Source of the DNA: Lama glama
Lineage: Eukaryota
Assembly: GCA_028534125.1 (NCBI GenBank)
Contig: CM052832.1
Span: 12,898,001-12,962,000, forward strand
Length of the DNA: 64,000 nucleotides
Reading direction: 5' to 3'
How positions within the stretch are numbered: position 1 is the first letter of the stretch; each line of letters starts with the position of its first letter. The position numbers were made by a program, and so were the translations under genes. This document shows positions 1 through 12,941 of this stretch, piece after piece. A model generated the notes under the pieces. That model made no database searches, had not been told where the DNA came from, and was given only the letters and a program-made list of their open reading frames with translations.

Positions 1-445
1 TTATATATATCTAATTCTTTGCTGTGTATTTTTGTGGTTGTTTTAGAGTTTGTGATATATATCTTTATTTGCCTTCAAGTGATATAATACCACTCCGCAT
101 ATAGTATAAAAATCTTACAATAGTATATGCCCAGTTTTCCTCTCCTATTTGTGATACTGTTTTACTTTTTACCTCATCCTCCGTTGTTATAATTTTTACC
201 AATTAGCTTATAAAGAGCTTTAAATAACAAGAAAAACATCTTTATTTTTTATTTTTACATTTACCCATGTTATTTCCAGTGCTAATCATCCCTTTGTATA
301 GGTCCAGATGTCTACCTGGCATCCTTTTCCTTCTGCCTGAAGGACTGTAACATTTCTTAGAGTGCAGGTCTGATGATGATAAATTCTTTCAGCTTTTGTA
401 TGTCTGAAAAAGATGATTTCACTTTCATTTTAACTTACATATTTC
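1..445 (-). mobile_element. Old L1 (L1M-type) fragment
   Basis: T-rich L1-like sequence (aattctttcagcttttgtatgtctgaaaa); appears to resume near 2330 after a younger L1. Confidence 0.55.
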
Positions 446-451
446 TAGTCT

Positions 452-2312
452 TTTAATTGTGGTAGAATATACATGATGTGAAGTTTACCATAATAACCAC
501 TTTTAAGTGTAGAGCTCAGCAGTATTAAGTACATGCACACTGTTGCACAACAGATCTCCAGAACTCTTTTCATCGTGCAAAACTGAAACTCTTTACCTAT
601 TAAACAACAGCTCCTCGTCCTCCCCTCCTCCTAGCCCCTGGCAACCATCATTCTACTTTATGTCTTTATAAATTCGCTATTTTAGGTACCTCATATAAGT
701 AGAGTCAAACAGCATTTGTCTTTTTTTGGTTTATTTCACTTAGCGTAACGTCCTCAGAGTTCATCTATATTGTAGCATGGGTCAGAACTGCCTTCTTTTT
801 AAGGTTGGCTAATATTCCATTGTATGTATATATCACATTTTATTTACCCATTCATTCATTGATGGGCATTTGGGTTGTTTCCACCTCTCGGCTTTTGTGA
901 ACAGTGCTGCTATGAACATTGGTGTACAAGTATCTGTTCAAATCTCTGCTTTCAATTCTTTGGGGTATATACTCAGGAGTGGAGTTGCTGAATAATATGA
1001 TAATTCTATATTTAACTTTTGCAGGAACTTCCATACTGTTTTCCACCACAATGGTACTATTTACATTCCCACCAACAGTGCATGAAGGTTCTAATTTCTC
1101 CACATCCTCCTCAGTACTTATTATTTTGGCTTTTTGATAGTAGCCATTCTAATGGGTATGAGGTGGTGTCTCACTGTGGTTTTTATTTGCAGTTCCCTGA
1201 TATTTAGTGATGTTGAGCATCTTCTTATGCATTTATTGGTCCTCACATATCTTCTTTGGAGAAATGTCTATTTACGTCCTTTGCCCGTTTTTAAAATCAG
1301 GTTATTTGTGTTGTTACCGTTGAGTTGTAGAAGTTCTTTATATATTCTGATTTTCACGTATTTGATTTGCAAATATTTCCTCTATTTTATGGTTGCCCTT
1401 TTCACTCTATTAATCTGTTCTTTTATGCACAGGAGTTTTTCATTTTGGTGTGGTGTAATTTATTTTTCTATTTCTTAAGAAAATACTGTTGGGATTTTGA
1501 TATGGATTACACTGAATCTGTAGGTCGCTTTAGGTAGTATTGTCATCTTAACAATATTAAGTCTTCCCATCCATGTACACAGGATGTCTTTCCATTTATT
1601 TATGTCTTCTTTAAGTACTTTGAGCAATGTTTCCTAGTTTTCAGTGTAGTCATTCACCTCCTTGGTTAAGTTTATCCCTACTTTATTCTTTTTGATGCTA
1701 TTGTATAGACTTGTTTTCTTAATTTCCTTTTTGGATTGTTCATTCTTAGTGTATAAAGACACAACAAATTTTTATGTGTTCACTTTGTATCCTGCATCTT
1801 TGCTGACTTTTTATTTGTCCTAACAGGCTTTTTTTTTAATGGACTCTTTAGGGTTTTCTGCATGTAAGATTATGTCACCTGTGAACAGAGAGCATTTTAC
1901 TTCATCTTGTCCAGTCTGGATACCTTTTGTTTCTTTTTCTTGCCTAATTGATCTGGCTAGGACTTCCAGTACTATGTTAAATAGACCTGGCAAAAGTAAG
2001 CATCTTTGTCTTGTTCCTGATTTTAGAGGAAAAGCTTTCAGTCCTTCTCCATTGAGTATGATGTTATCTGTGGGGTTTTCACACATGCCCTTTATTATGT
2101 TGAGGTGGTCTTCTATTTTTAGTTGACTGAACGTTTTTATCATAAAAGGGTGTTGAATTTTGTCAAAAGCTTTTTCTGCATTAATTGCAATGACCACGCT
2201 TTTTCTCCCCTTCATTCTGTTAATGTGGTGTATTACAATGATTGATTTTCATATGTTGAACCATCTTTACATTCCAAGAATAGATCCCACTTGGTCATGG
2301 TGTATAATCCTT
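452..2312 (-). mobile_element. 5'-truncated L1 (L1MB-like): 3' UTR and ORF2 remnant
   Basis: ORF 1820..2215 reads as L1 reverse transcriptase ([23 protein letters not shown] decayed to FTGD); ORF 852..1103 is the ORF2 C-terminus. Confidence 0.92.
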
Positions 2313-2430
2313 GGGGTTTTTTTATGTTGCCCATGTCTACTTAAGTTTTTGAGCATATGTAAAATAGTTACTATTGTTTTAGTTTCTTTGTCTGCTCATT
2401 AGAACATCTGTGTCAATTCTGGATTGCTTT

Positions 2431-2570
2431 TTTTTTTATTTTTAATTTGGGGGGGGGAGTAATTAGGTTTTTTAATTTATTTTTTTATTTTAATGGATGT
2501 GCTGGGGATTGAACCCAGGACCTCATGCATGCTAAGCAAGCACTCTGCCACTGAGCTATACCCTCACCTC
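2431..2570 (-). mobile_element. Camelid tRNA-derived SINE (Vic-1-like)
   Basis: ggggattgaacccagg...gccactgagctata = reverse complement of tRNA B and A boxes; 13-bp TSD tctggattgcttt at 2418-2430 and 2571-2583. Confidence 0.9.
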
Positions 2571-2583
2571 TCTGGATTGCTTT

Positions 2584-3335
2584 CGATTGATTTTCTCCTC
2601 ATTACAAGTCATGGTTTTTGCTTCTTTGCATGTCTGATTTTTTTTCTTTTCTCCTTCTCCTTTTTTTTTTTTTTTTTTTGATGCCAGGCATTGTGATTTC
2701 TGCCTTGTTGGATACTGGGTAATTTTGCATTCTTATACATATTCTTGAGTTCGTTCTGGGATGCAGTTAAGTTAGTTAGAAACAGCTTTATCTTTTCAGG
2801 TGTTGCTCTACTATTTGTTTTTCTCAGTCTAGGGCTAATTATTCACCACTGGGACAAGACTTTTGGATGTTCTACATAATGCCCCATAAATCATGAGGTT
2901 TTCTAGTCTGGCTGGTAAGGAAAAGCAGTATTTCTGGCCCTCTCTAAGCAACAGATGGAGAGTTGTTACCCCTAATCATTTTGGTTGAATAGTCACAGGG
3001 AACTCTCTGCAGATCACCAGAGTTAGCTCTCTGTGCATCTCTCTCCTCTCCGGTACTCTGTCCTGTGAACTTCGGCAACCTCAGTCTCCTCAGACTCTCA
3101 GCTCCTCTTGAAATCAGGGCTCCTCCTGGATTCCTCCTCCCTGCACTTCAGCCTGAAAATTCTCAGAAGACATTAAGCTGGAGTAATCATAGGGCTCACT
3201 TTCTTTGAAGACCAATGTCCTTCACTGACTGATTTCCAGTGTGTTTCATATATTTTGTGAATTTTTGTTTTTTTCCAGGTAGGAGAATAAATCTGGTCTC
3301 TATGACTCCATCTTGGATGGAATCAGAAGTTCATG
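2584..3335 (-). mobile_element. Old L1 5'-region fragment
   Basis: L1M-like motifs (tctgggatgcagttaagtt; ends tatgactccatcttggatggaatcagaagt). Confidence 0.55.
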
Positions 3336-4202
3336 TTGAGTTTTTATTGGTAGTAAAACAAGGGACTCAGCCCAAGGTGGGAATAGAAAAAAGAAAAATA
3401 TAAACTAGTGAGCTCATCATAAGTTCATTTATATCTCAAAGGATAAGTGACTGACAGCAGGAACAATTTATGAACTGTAACTGCTATACCAGCCATGTCT
3501 GATAACTTCCTGCAATTAACCTAAAATATGTTTCACAAACACCGAACACATGCAAACCAGAGTTTAGGAATTACATTTTAAAAGAGATAAAGACAGCTCA
3601 ATATACTTTTGATAGATTTTTATCTTCTTGGACCATTGATATCAGAAACCTTCAGGTAACTGAAAACTCAAGTGAAGCAAGAAAGTATAGCACATTGCAA
3701 CATAAATGAGGATGCTTGATTTCAGCCTACCTGAGACAGTCAGGTGCTTGCTATCTGACAAGGTACATGTTTTGCAGTAGACAACATTTACTGCAGTGAA
3801 CCCAAGTTAATAAAAGGCACAAGAAACTGATTCCTGGCTTTTCCTTAATTGAAGTTGATTCTCTTCTTAAAGGGAGTGCTGTATTTCTAATTTCAGATTT
3901 TTCCTTCTCAAAGACGGGAAATTTATAATATTCTGTTTGCAAAAGCTAATGTGAATTTTTAAAAACTATAACTGCAATAGGAGTTTTTAAAGGAGAATTG
4001 AGGAAAGAAGTCTGCATAAGAAGTCAGGGCTGCAGTAGTCACAAATGACTTCAGTAAGGAGATTAAACTTGGTATGTCTTGAAAAATGAATGTGATTTTA
4101 GTATGTGACAAGGAGACAAGACAATATTCCACAAAGTATTTATGATGTACCAAAACATCACAGCCACCAGGGGTCCGTGATCCTTAATCCTTAGGCTTTG
4201 CT

Positions 4203-4268
4203 CTGTTGGTTTTTTTGTTGTTGTTGTTCTAGCTTTATTGAGGTATAATTAACAAATAAATTGTGAAG
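4203..4268 (-). mobile_element. Micro-insertion of an L1 3' end
   Basis: agctttattgaggtataatt terminus plus T-tail between 10-bp TSDs aggctttgct (4193-4202, 4269-4278). Confidence 0.7.
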
Positions 4269-4419
4269 AGGCTTTGCTTTCTTTTGGATTAAAAAAAATA
4301 TGAAATGCTAATAGTCTCACCCAGATAAATTAAACACATTTTCTCCCATTTGCCGTCCCTTTCTTCCTCCCTCCAAATTTGTTTTAAGTTCCATGTAAAT
4401 GGACATACTTTGTACTTTT

Positions 4420-4542
4420 TAAGTTTGTTTTATTTTAGGGGGGAATAATCAGATTTATTTATTTAATGGAGGTACTGGGGATTGAACCCAGGATCTTGTG
4501 CATGCTAAGCACACACTCTACCTCCGAGCTATAACCCCCCCA
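4420..4542 (-). mobile_element. Camelid SINE (Vic-1-like)
   Basis: Same consensus as the 2431 copy; TSD atactttgta(c/t)tttt on both sides. Confidence 0.9.
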
Positions 4543-4587
4543 ATACTTTGTATTTTTGAAAAAGCCAAGTATATGTCAGTAAACATT

Positions 4588-5895
4588 ATGGGGAGATCAG
4601 CTTCTTGTACGACAGTGGACCTACTCCCCAGTGAAACTGGTAAAAATTATGAAAACACACACCCTTGTATACCATCTATAAAAGGTCCTAAGGGTGTACA
4701 GCAAATGAAGAAACATCTATTCAGGAAAATCAATGATGATTTGTTAAGAAAAGTGAGATTCTGTGGTATCTGAACCAAAACCACTTCCTCCCCTCCCCCA
4801 GCTCAGCCAACCAAAAACTCCACTCCAGCCTGGTGCGGCCAAGAACACAGGGCTCCCTCTCCCTCATCCTCCAGTTAGGGTTTTCTTCCCAGGAGGAGAC
4901 AGACATTGGCATTTCTCACCCCCTGTCCCAGGAACCTGTTGCTGAGGCTGAGAGGTGGGGGCTCCCTGCTGGTGCGTTGCCCCTACTCCTGGGACGGCTG
5001 TGGCACCACTGGGAATGCTGGGGCCCCAACTGTCTTTGCCCTAGGTTGTACAGTCATCGTTCCAATGACAGGATAGGCAAACCAAGAAGACCTCAGACTA
5101 CTGTCTACCCTTTTCCACAGAGCACTCAGCTCCTAAAGCAGGAGTGTCACTAAGACAGAAGCATACAATTGTTCTCACCCACAGTTCCAGAGCCTGGATC
5201 AGAGGTTTTGGCTGGGGCAGGGGAGAAGCCATAAAACAGATAGCTTGCAGTATCTGCCCAAAGGAACTGGTTTTCTTTACAACAGAGCATGGAGAAATTC
5301 AAGCCTAAAGGTGCTCTAAAAAATTGTGAAGGCTGGGGCAACAGGCAACTGAGAGGAGATGTGTAGATCACAAATGAAGATTCAGGCTAACCTGTAGGCT
5401 AGCTAGTTTTCAGGAGAGAACTCGGGAAAGAAACAGTTGGAAGAAGCCCTCTTGGGGTCAGAACAAACATGGAACACTGACTTCCAAAACTGTTCCTTCA
5501 AAGGAGCCTGGACTTGATCGGATAATCTGCAGAGCAATTGATGCCCCAGGTCATTACTGGAAACAATCGAACAATTAGTAGAACTTTACAGCTGGGGTGT
5601 GGTCAAAGAAGAAGGGAGGAGAGCTCTGGCAAAAACCACTGTTACCCTAGAGTGACTACGGGCATGTGTTAAACCGCTCCTCCCTGAGAGGCAACATCTG
5701 AGGCTTCCCACAGAGGTGTTATGGGGAGGGCGGGGGAGGAGAACATCACTTACAAAAATAATCCAGCCAGTCCCTAATTAAGTGAACAAGCAAATAACAA
5801 TAACAAGCCTGGTAGAGGGTTGGGGGTATCCTTGTACTCAGAGTTTCTACAACATAGTACATAAAATGTCTGGTTTCCAAAAAAAAAAGAAAAAA
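4588..5895 (+). mobile_element. L1M 5' UTR fragment ending in an A-run
   Basis: Resembles old L1 5' ends, closing with aaaatgtctggtttccaaaaaa as found just before ORF1. Confidence 0.5.
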
Positions 5896-6148
5896 ATCTG
5901 TGTCCCAGGTCAGTGACGCCCTCACTTCCCAATGATGTGATCACCTGTGCTAGGGAGGCCAGAGCAGGAACCAGAGCCCAGGTCCCTTGACTTCCAACCC
6001 ACTGCCTGTCCATATTCCATGATTACTCTTAGCTCTCCCATTTACAACCAGTGGTTTGAAGAATTTGTCTAGGGCTACCTCTGCCATCTTGTCATGTATC
6101 TCTGTGATTTTTTTTTCTGCAGCAGATGCTCTGGTGAATATGTATAAA

Positions 6149-6703
6149 ATGAACAACAAGAAGTTTTCCTTCATGCTGGGCATCTTCACTTTCCTCAACA
6201 CCATCCAGTTGCTCATCTTTGAGGTGAACCAGGTTGCATTCATTGGCTCCAAGGACAAGTTCAGCATCTACAAGGAGACAAGTTCTAATCTGGTCTCTTG
6301 GGCCACGAGCCACAAGAAGAATGTCAGCATCTGCCTGTCCACCATCACTATTGTGGTCAGCTCCTTACTCCTCTACTGCATCCACACGAGCAACTACAAG
6401 GGGCTGATTGTCTACACTGTGTGGATCATCACCTATGAGCTCACCAGCTTCTCCATGGTCCTCATCACCAACTGGACCATCAAGGAGCAGTTCATTGAGC
6501 TGAGGTACCTGCACTGGCTCTTCCAAATCTCCCGGATGCTCCTGCACTTGTTCTGTCTGCCCTTTGTCACCAAGCACGCATATGCCCTTTACAAGGACCC
6601 CAAGATTTTAAGCAAGTTAGGCTGGCACAGACACTCCTCCATCAGTACAGTTGACTCATGGCCACCTGTCGGGCTGAGGTCCTTGCACCGCAAGTTAAAC
6701 TGA
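6149..6703 (+). CDS. TMEM217B: Transmembrane protein 217B, single coding exon, 184 aa (187 aa from ATG 6140)
   Basis: Intact ORF with four hydrophobic segments; FSFMLGIFTFLNT, WIITYEL, YLHWLFQISRMLLHLFCLPF match remembered human TMEM217B; splice acceptor at 6107-6125; convergent with PIM1 as in human. Confidence 0.88.
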   Translation: MNNKKFSFMLGIFTFLNTIQLLIFEVNQVAFIGSKDKFSIYKETSSNLVSWATSHKKNVSICLSTITIVVSSLLLYCIHTSNYKGLIVYTVWIITYELTSFSMVLITNWTIKEQFIELRYLHWLFQISRMLLHLFCLPFVTKHAYALYKDPKILSKLGWHRHSSISTVDSWPPVGLRSLHRKLN

Positions 6704-7389
6704 ACTGTGCCAAGAAGAAGGGAGAGAGAGGGACAGCACTCCCCAGTGATGGCTCCCCTCTCCCTCCCTGACTTCTTTTGATTCTGCTTGTCTTCTCGGG
6801 GTGCTCGAGTTTTATGCACTAAAGAACAACTCTTGGGGGAGGAAGGATTGCATGGATCAATTATTGTGCATATGTGTGTGTGACTTGTTTTAGCATTTAA
6901 TTATAGATTGCTTTTGTGCTTACTTAACCATCTCATTGGTGTATGCTGTTGTTTCTCATGGTACCCTCTTTTCTGCAACATCTTCAGTTTCTAATTTTTC
7001 TTTTGTGGATTGCTACACCGATGCTTGGTTCTGCCAAGTCCCTTATGAGCCATGCTGATAGAAGCTTCTGTGCTGATGGAACTGTTTACATCTGTGTTGT
7101 CCACTCACCACGTGAGCACTCGAGATGTGGCTATTACAACCCAGGAATCAAATTTTAAAATTTTATTACATTCTAATTAATTCCAGTTTCAATAGCCATA
7201 TGCGGCTGCCTTGTGGCTATCATACTGGATAATCTGCAGCCTTATTTTACTCCTGCCTATAACCACGGAGCTCTTTTCCAGCTTCACACACCACTATGCT
7301 TCCCTCATACTTTTTGGAAAGCAGTTCCTCATGTTGGTTCATAAAATGGCAAGAAGAATCCTCATTTAAGAAAGCTCCAAGATTTCTCA

Positions 7390-7602
7390 GGTTAAGCACT
7401 AATGACATTTCGGACTGGAAAATCCTGCCTCATAGGGGGCTGTCCTGTGCACAGTAGGATGTTTAGCAGCATCCCTGGCCTCTACATACTAGATGCCAGT
7501 AGCATCCTTCCAGCCTTGTTAGAAACAAAAATATCCCCAGACATTGCCAAAAGTCCTCTGAGGGGTGGGGAGCAAAATTACTCCCTGTTGAGAACCACTA
7601 TT
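7390..7602. mobile_element. MER20 (hAT) DNA transposon
   Basis: gggggctgtcctgtgcacagtaggatgtttagcagcatccctggcctctac...gttgagaaccact. Confidence 0.85.
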
Positions 7603-7854
7603 TTAAAACAATACACCCCCAGCACTGAGAGCCAGAATGCCAGTACTAACTAATGGAGAGCATCTTTTACTGAGAGTTCTTTATATTCACCACCTTGTAT
7701 AGTTTTCATCCTAATGTTCCCATTTCATGGTTTGATGAAACTGAGACTCGGAATGCTTAAGTGATGTGATCAAGATCATATAGTAGCAAAATCAGGATTT
7801 GAATCTAGATCATCTAACTTAATATGTGAATGAACTACTTGGTTCCCTGACACA

Positions 7855-7943
7855 TTTTTTTTAAAGGGAGGTACTGGAGACTGAACCCATGACCTCGTGC
7901 ATGCTAAGAATACGCTCTACCACGGAGCTACACCCCTCTCCCC
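7855..7943 (-). mobile_element. Truncated camelid SINE
   Basis: gaggtactggagactgaacccatgacctcgtgcatgctaag...ggagctacaccc. Confidence 0.8.
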
Positions 7944-9009
7944 GAAGAACTTTTACTTTGACCAAGATAAGAAGAGGGACCTCCTTTTAGGATATTTCCT
8001 TTTCTATCAAAAAGTTGGGAGTGATGTCAAAGGACACTGTTTTGACCACGCTCCTCCAAACCATGAGCATAATGACATAGCCCACTTGTACTGAACACAA
8101 TCCACACCAGGTACTCTTCTAACCATTCCCTCAATTCTTCCCACACACCCTCTGAGGAATAGATTTGGATCCAGGTCAGTTCCCCAAAATGACCACCAGA
8201 TGGCAGTCAGCAACAAGCTTTTCTTAGCGCTGATACCCTTCTAAACCAGATCCTCTAGGGGTGGCAGATTGGGGATCTAGGGAGCTTCAAGCTGATGATG
8301 GAAGACTAATGATGTGTGACCCCGCCCTAGCTTCACAGGGTTGCCTTGATTGATTGTGACTTGCTGGTACCAGAAACAAAAAATAAAACAGGCTAACTTC
8401 AGGGTTCTAATCCCCCATCCCAGATGAGGTGGCAGCAGGGAATCTGGAAGACTGGAGCCCTGTGAGTGGAAGAGGTAGAGGGAGAGCAGAGTTCCAAGAC
8501 TTGGCTCACCTAAGAGTTAACCTGGTGTTCAAAAGCTTAAGGCCCTCAGACCCAAGGCTGTATGCCCCTCTATACCAAGTGTCGTGTCCACATCCACTTC
8601 TTGGCCTCCCATGCTCTCTAGAACCCCCTCTGCTGCACTGAGACTGCTCTTGTAAAGGTGATCTCTGCACTGCCCAATCCCAAGCTCAGGCTTCTCTTGC
8701 CAGACTGCTCCATGGCTTCTGACCAGCTGATCCCTCCCTGTCCTACCAGCAGGTCTGTGGGACACCAGGGCCACCACTCTCTGCTCACCACCTACCTCGC
8801 TGGCCCTCCTCCTCCTCCTCCATCTCCTCTGCATCTCATGACCTCCAAGCACTGGCGAACTCCCAGGATCAGTCTTTGGTCCCCTGCTCTTCATTTCAGT
8901 CACTGCCAGCTTTCCTCGCCCAGGCCCATCTCGGATAACCCCTCCAGGGACATATCGGGTCTGGAACTCTCCCTGAAATCTGCACTTGTTGGTCCAATTG
9001 CCTCCTTGC

Positions 9010-9517
9010 TGTGGCAGATGCCTCTACATGGTTCCCAAAGGTCCCTGCCAACTGATATTCACATTTGTCACCTCCCCTTGAATGTGGGCTGGACTAGTGA
9101 CCCTCTTCTAACAAATCAAACACAGCAGAGTGATAGGATGTAAGATTAGGTTACAAAACCACAGCGACCTCAGTGTTGCTCACTCTCTCCATGGGAAAGC
9201 AGCTGCCACACTGGGAGCATCTTGATGGAGAGGCCGACATGGCCAGGAAGTGACATCTCAGCCAACAGTCCCTGAGGACCTGGATCCTACTAACTGCCTC
9301 ATCAGTGAGCTTGGAAGCAGATCCTCCCCGAGTCGAGTCTGGAGGTGGCCACAACCCTGGCCAGACACCTTTACTGCCAGTGAGAAACCCTGGATCAGAG
9401 GACCTGTGCCAGCCGTGCCTGGGTCCTGGACCCACAGAAACTGTGACAAAACTGTATGTTCTCTTAAGCTGCAACATTTTGGGGTAATTTGTTACAAAGC
9501 AATTGATAACTAATACA
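9010..9517 (+). mobile_element. MaLR solo LTR (MLT1-type) inserted in L2
   Basis: Starts tgtggcaga, ends ttgttacaaagcaattgataactaataca (TG...CA termini). Confidence 0.8.
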
Positions 9518-9519
9518 CA

Positions 9520-10446
9520 TGCCCAGTAGCCATCTCAGAACACGTCCCAATCAATACTCGTGGTTTTCTCCCATAAACCTGCCTGACTCTCCCTTCTTTC
9601 CCACCTCCGCCCCTCCAGTTGCTCAAGTCAAAGACCCAGGAATCACCCTTGGGTTCTCTCTCTCAGACTTTATCCAACCCCTCAACAAACCCTACTAGCG
9701 CCCCCTTCAGTTGCATTCAGACCCCACCACTGATCAGCTCCCTGGGCCGCCTGGGCTGCCTGGGCCGCACTGTCTTTTGTGCCCAGGCTGCTGCAGTAGC
9801 TGCGTCCTACCTGGCCTCCCCGACACCTCCCTTGTCTGGGCTGCAGTCAGTCCTCCACCCAGCAGCTAGAGGGGTCCCGATGAAACCTAAACCATGGCAC
9901 GTTCCTCCTCTACTCTGTTACTCATGTCCTGTGGGGCTCCCCAACACCCTGAGGGGAAAATCCCCAGTCCTCACCGCGTAATGTTGGGTGCTCAGCGACC
10001 CAGGCCCCTGTCGTCCCTCCCACCTCCTTTCTAACCACTCTGTCCCCTCTTCCTTGCTCCAGCTCCAGCCTCCTGGCAGCTCCTCTTACACACTCCGAAC
10101 ACTCCAGCCTCAGGACCTTGGCACGGGTCCCTTCAGCCTGGAATGTTCTTACTCCAGGTGTCCGCTGGCTTCCTCTCTCGTTTCTTTCAGGTGTCTGCTC
10201 AAAAGCCATCAGAGAGGCCTTCCCCACCCCACCAACTTAGGGCAAGCAGCCCCTCCCCCTCCCTCTCTGACCCACTCACCCTGCCTTGTTTTTTCCTTAA
10301 CACATTATTGCCTGACTTACTATATATAGTTACCTCCCCCACCCCCAAAATATAAGCACCACATTCTCTTCCTTGCTGTCTTCCCAGCACCTAGAACAAC
10401 ACCTGGCCCACAGCAGGTGCTCAGTAAACATTCGTGGAATGAATGG
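9520..10446 (+). mobile_element. L2 3' portion (probably continues 8650-9000)
   Basis: Pyrimidine-rich L2 body ending caggtgctcagtaaacattcgtggaatgaatgg. Confidence 0.75.
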
Positions 10447-12005
10447 ACCCAGACCCTCAGCAGAAGAGAACGGCGGCCCATTGTTCCTTGTTTTCCAGAT
10501 GATGCTTGTGGTAGGTGGGCTGGTGAGGGGAAATCCCTACTGCTCCTTTGGCCTCCTCTTCCTACTCCTTTCTTCCCTCACTCATGTCTGGAGTTTTTGG
10601 TGAAGACTGTAGATAGATACAGGTGGGAACATACCCCCAAAGGTTACAATTTCAGCCTGTTCATCTCCTCCCTCCTCCCCTAATCCTTTTCCCTGCACCA
10701 GCTGCCGGCACTGGAAACACCACCCATCTCCCAGCGTCGCCTCACCCGGCCCAAAGCAGGCCTTCACAACAACGCGGGAGTCCCAGGGAAGGGCGATACT
10801 CTGAGAGCTGTCACCCACCGCGGGGAAGGCCCCTGGCCCCCCAGCCTCCCTTTCTTCACTAGGTTTGCTGAGTGTCTATGGGGCAGCAGGCCCTGAGCTG
10901 GGAACTGGGGGATACCCTGAAATGTAAGACACAGCCCACGGTCCCAGGGGCTCTCAATCAAGGGGGGCAGGAGTCATTCAGGGCCATTTGCACCCAGCAT
11001 GACAGGCCCTGAGGGAACCACTGGGGGCCACAGGAGGAGCCCCAACTCTTGAAGGTTGGAGAGTCAGGGAAGTCTTCCTGGAGGAAGAGACCTTTAAGCT
11101 GAGTCCTGGAAGAAAGTGTGATTTAGCCCTGAGAAGGGAGGAGAGGAAATGGAAAGATGGGAGCCTGAGGAGGTGCAGCTACCCTGCGATAGTAGAGCTG
11201 GACGCCCCTAGTCGTCATTTCCACCTCGCGGGGAAGGAAGGGGCTCCGTGCAGGGGAAGGATGGCGCTAAGAGGAAGCAAGCACAGGCGAGCTTCCCCAG
11301 AGAAAACAGGGACTCCCCTCTTCCCACGGCCTCTGCCGCCTGCTCCCAGAAGGCGCTTGCTCATAAGTGCACAAGCACTGAATATTTCTGAGCATCTTTC
11401 CCACCTCACTGCTGTCACCTGTAAGTGCAGTGTCCCGCGGAGGACAAAATGTGGTGACTTCTCCCCATCGTTTTCAAGATGCATAAATGTTTTCATATGT
11501 CTTACTTCTTTTTTCCTCACAGCCTTGGGTCTCCATTTCCCCTACCTTCTTTCCCCTAGAGGTCTCCACATCAATTGCTTCAGTTTTCAACCTTTGAAGC
11601 CCTCTTTTTCCCTTTCTTCCGTCTCTCTGACTGTCATCAGTCGCTACATATGGACCAATGCTATACTTTTCTTTTTTCAGTCAACTTGCCTGCCCAGCAA
11701 GTGGTTAAGGATGCCCCTGAGAGCCACCCCCTGGGTGAGGCTGCCCTGGCGACCAAGGCTGAGCTCGTGACTTCTGAGGCAGCCTTTCACACGTGCAGGA
11801 GGGCGGATGGGCTGCTCAGTGAGACCCTCCTCAGCTCCCCTCCCCTTCCCTCTGTCCCCTCACCAGTTATTAGGAAAATCGTTTTTACTATTTTAAATGT
11901 TTAACCTTTTTTTCATGAATGAGTTATATTTTTCTCCCCTGGGAAACAGGTTTTACAATGCCTTCTGACCATATTAATTTGTGTCATAAACAAGTTCTTT
12001 GCTTT

Positions 12006-12138
12006 ATGTGTATGTATGTGTGTGTGCATGTGATGGTGTGTGCCTTGTATCTGCTTGTGGATGTAAATGCATGTATTTGAGTATGTGTGTGCATGTATAT
12101 ATTTGTGTATGTGTGTATTTGCACGTTTGTGTTTATGT
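12006..12138. repeat. Degenerate (TG)n low-complexity tract
   Basis: tgtgtatgtatgtgtgtgtgcatgtg... Confidence 0.8.
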
Positions 12139-12941
12139 AAAAGGCTGAGTTAAACAATTATTTGATGATTGTCGGAAATAACTTACATATTACAAATATT
12201 AAAAAGTCAAAAAATTTTTTCAGATGTTATGTTTTTCTAAAATTCCCTTATGCCTCCTACCAAGGCTGCCTTTTCCCTTCAGAAACATATGCTATGAGGG
12301 GCAACACTAGAATGCATTTGATTTGAAAGGAATGTTTGGTTTTTCTCTTGCCCCAACAGCACAACACTGACAAGACATAATTACGAATGATGTGGAGAAT
12401 GGAACTTACAGCCATCTTGCTTCTCAAACAGAGTGTTAGGGGGACAAAAGGATCCCATTCAAAGAGATTGGGAGAAAGCAGTTGTAAAAAGTGCCCAATC
12501 AACTGGAGATCCTATCAATTCTGCAAGTAGACCCTCGGCAGGTCTTTTTCATGGACCCTTAGCTTCTGGCATCTTCCTCTGCCCAGGATGAGCCTCCTGC
12601 CATCTACCTGGACCTCAGCCTGATCCCACCTGCCCCCTGCTCTAATCCAAGGATCTTGTGCATTTTTTGGCCTGATTAGAGATGATTTTATTTAGCATTT
12701 GATTAACTTTGCACAATAGCCACCCTCCTTCCCCACCTTCTGACATCCTGGAACACACCTTTGCTTCCTAAACATGTATATTCATGCTGTCTTTCTTTCA
12801 CTTACCTATTCAACAAAACACAAGCCTGTCAACTATTTACTTGGTATTGTGCTAAGAAGTGAGTCAAAAATTAAAAACAAGATGCACTCTTGGCTCTGAA
12901 CCAAGAAGGGTGCCTATGAGGGAGTAATTACAATATTGTAT

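Noticed and set aside
6056..6139. N-terminal extension of the TMEM217B ORF
   Set aside because: Starts at TTG and crosses the polypyrimidine tract and acceptor; mostly intronic
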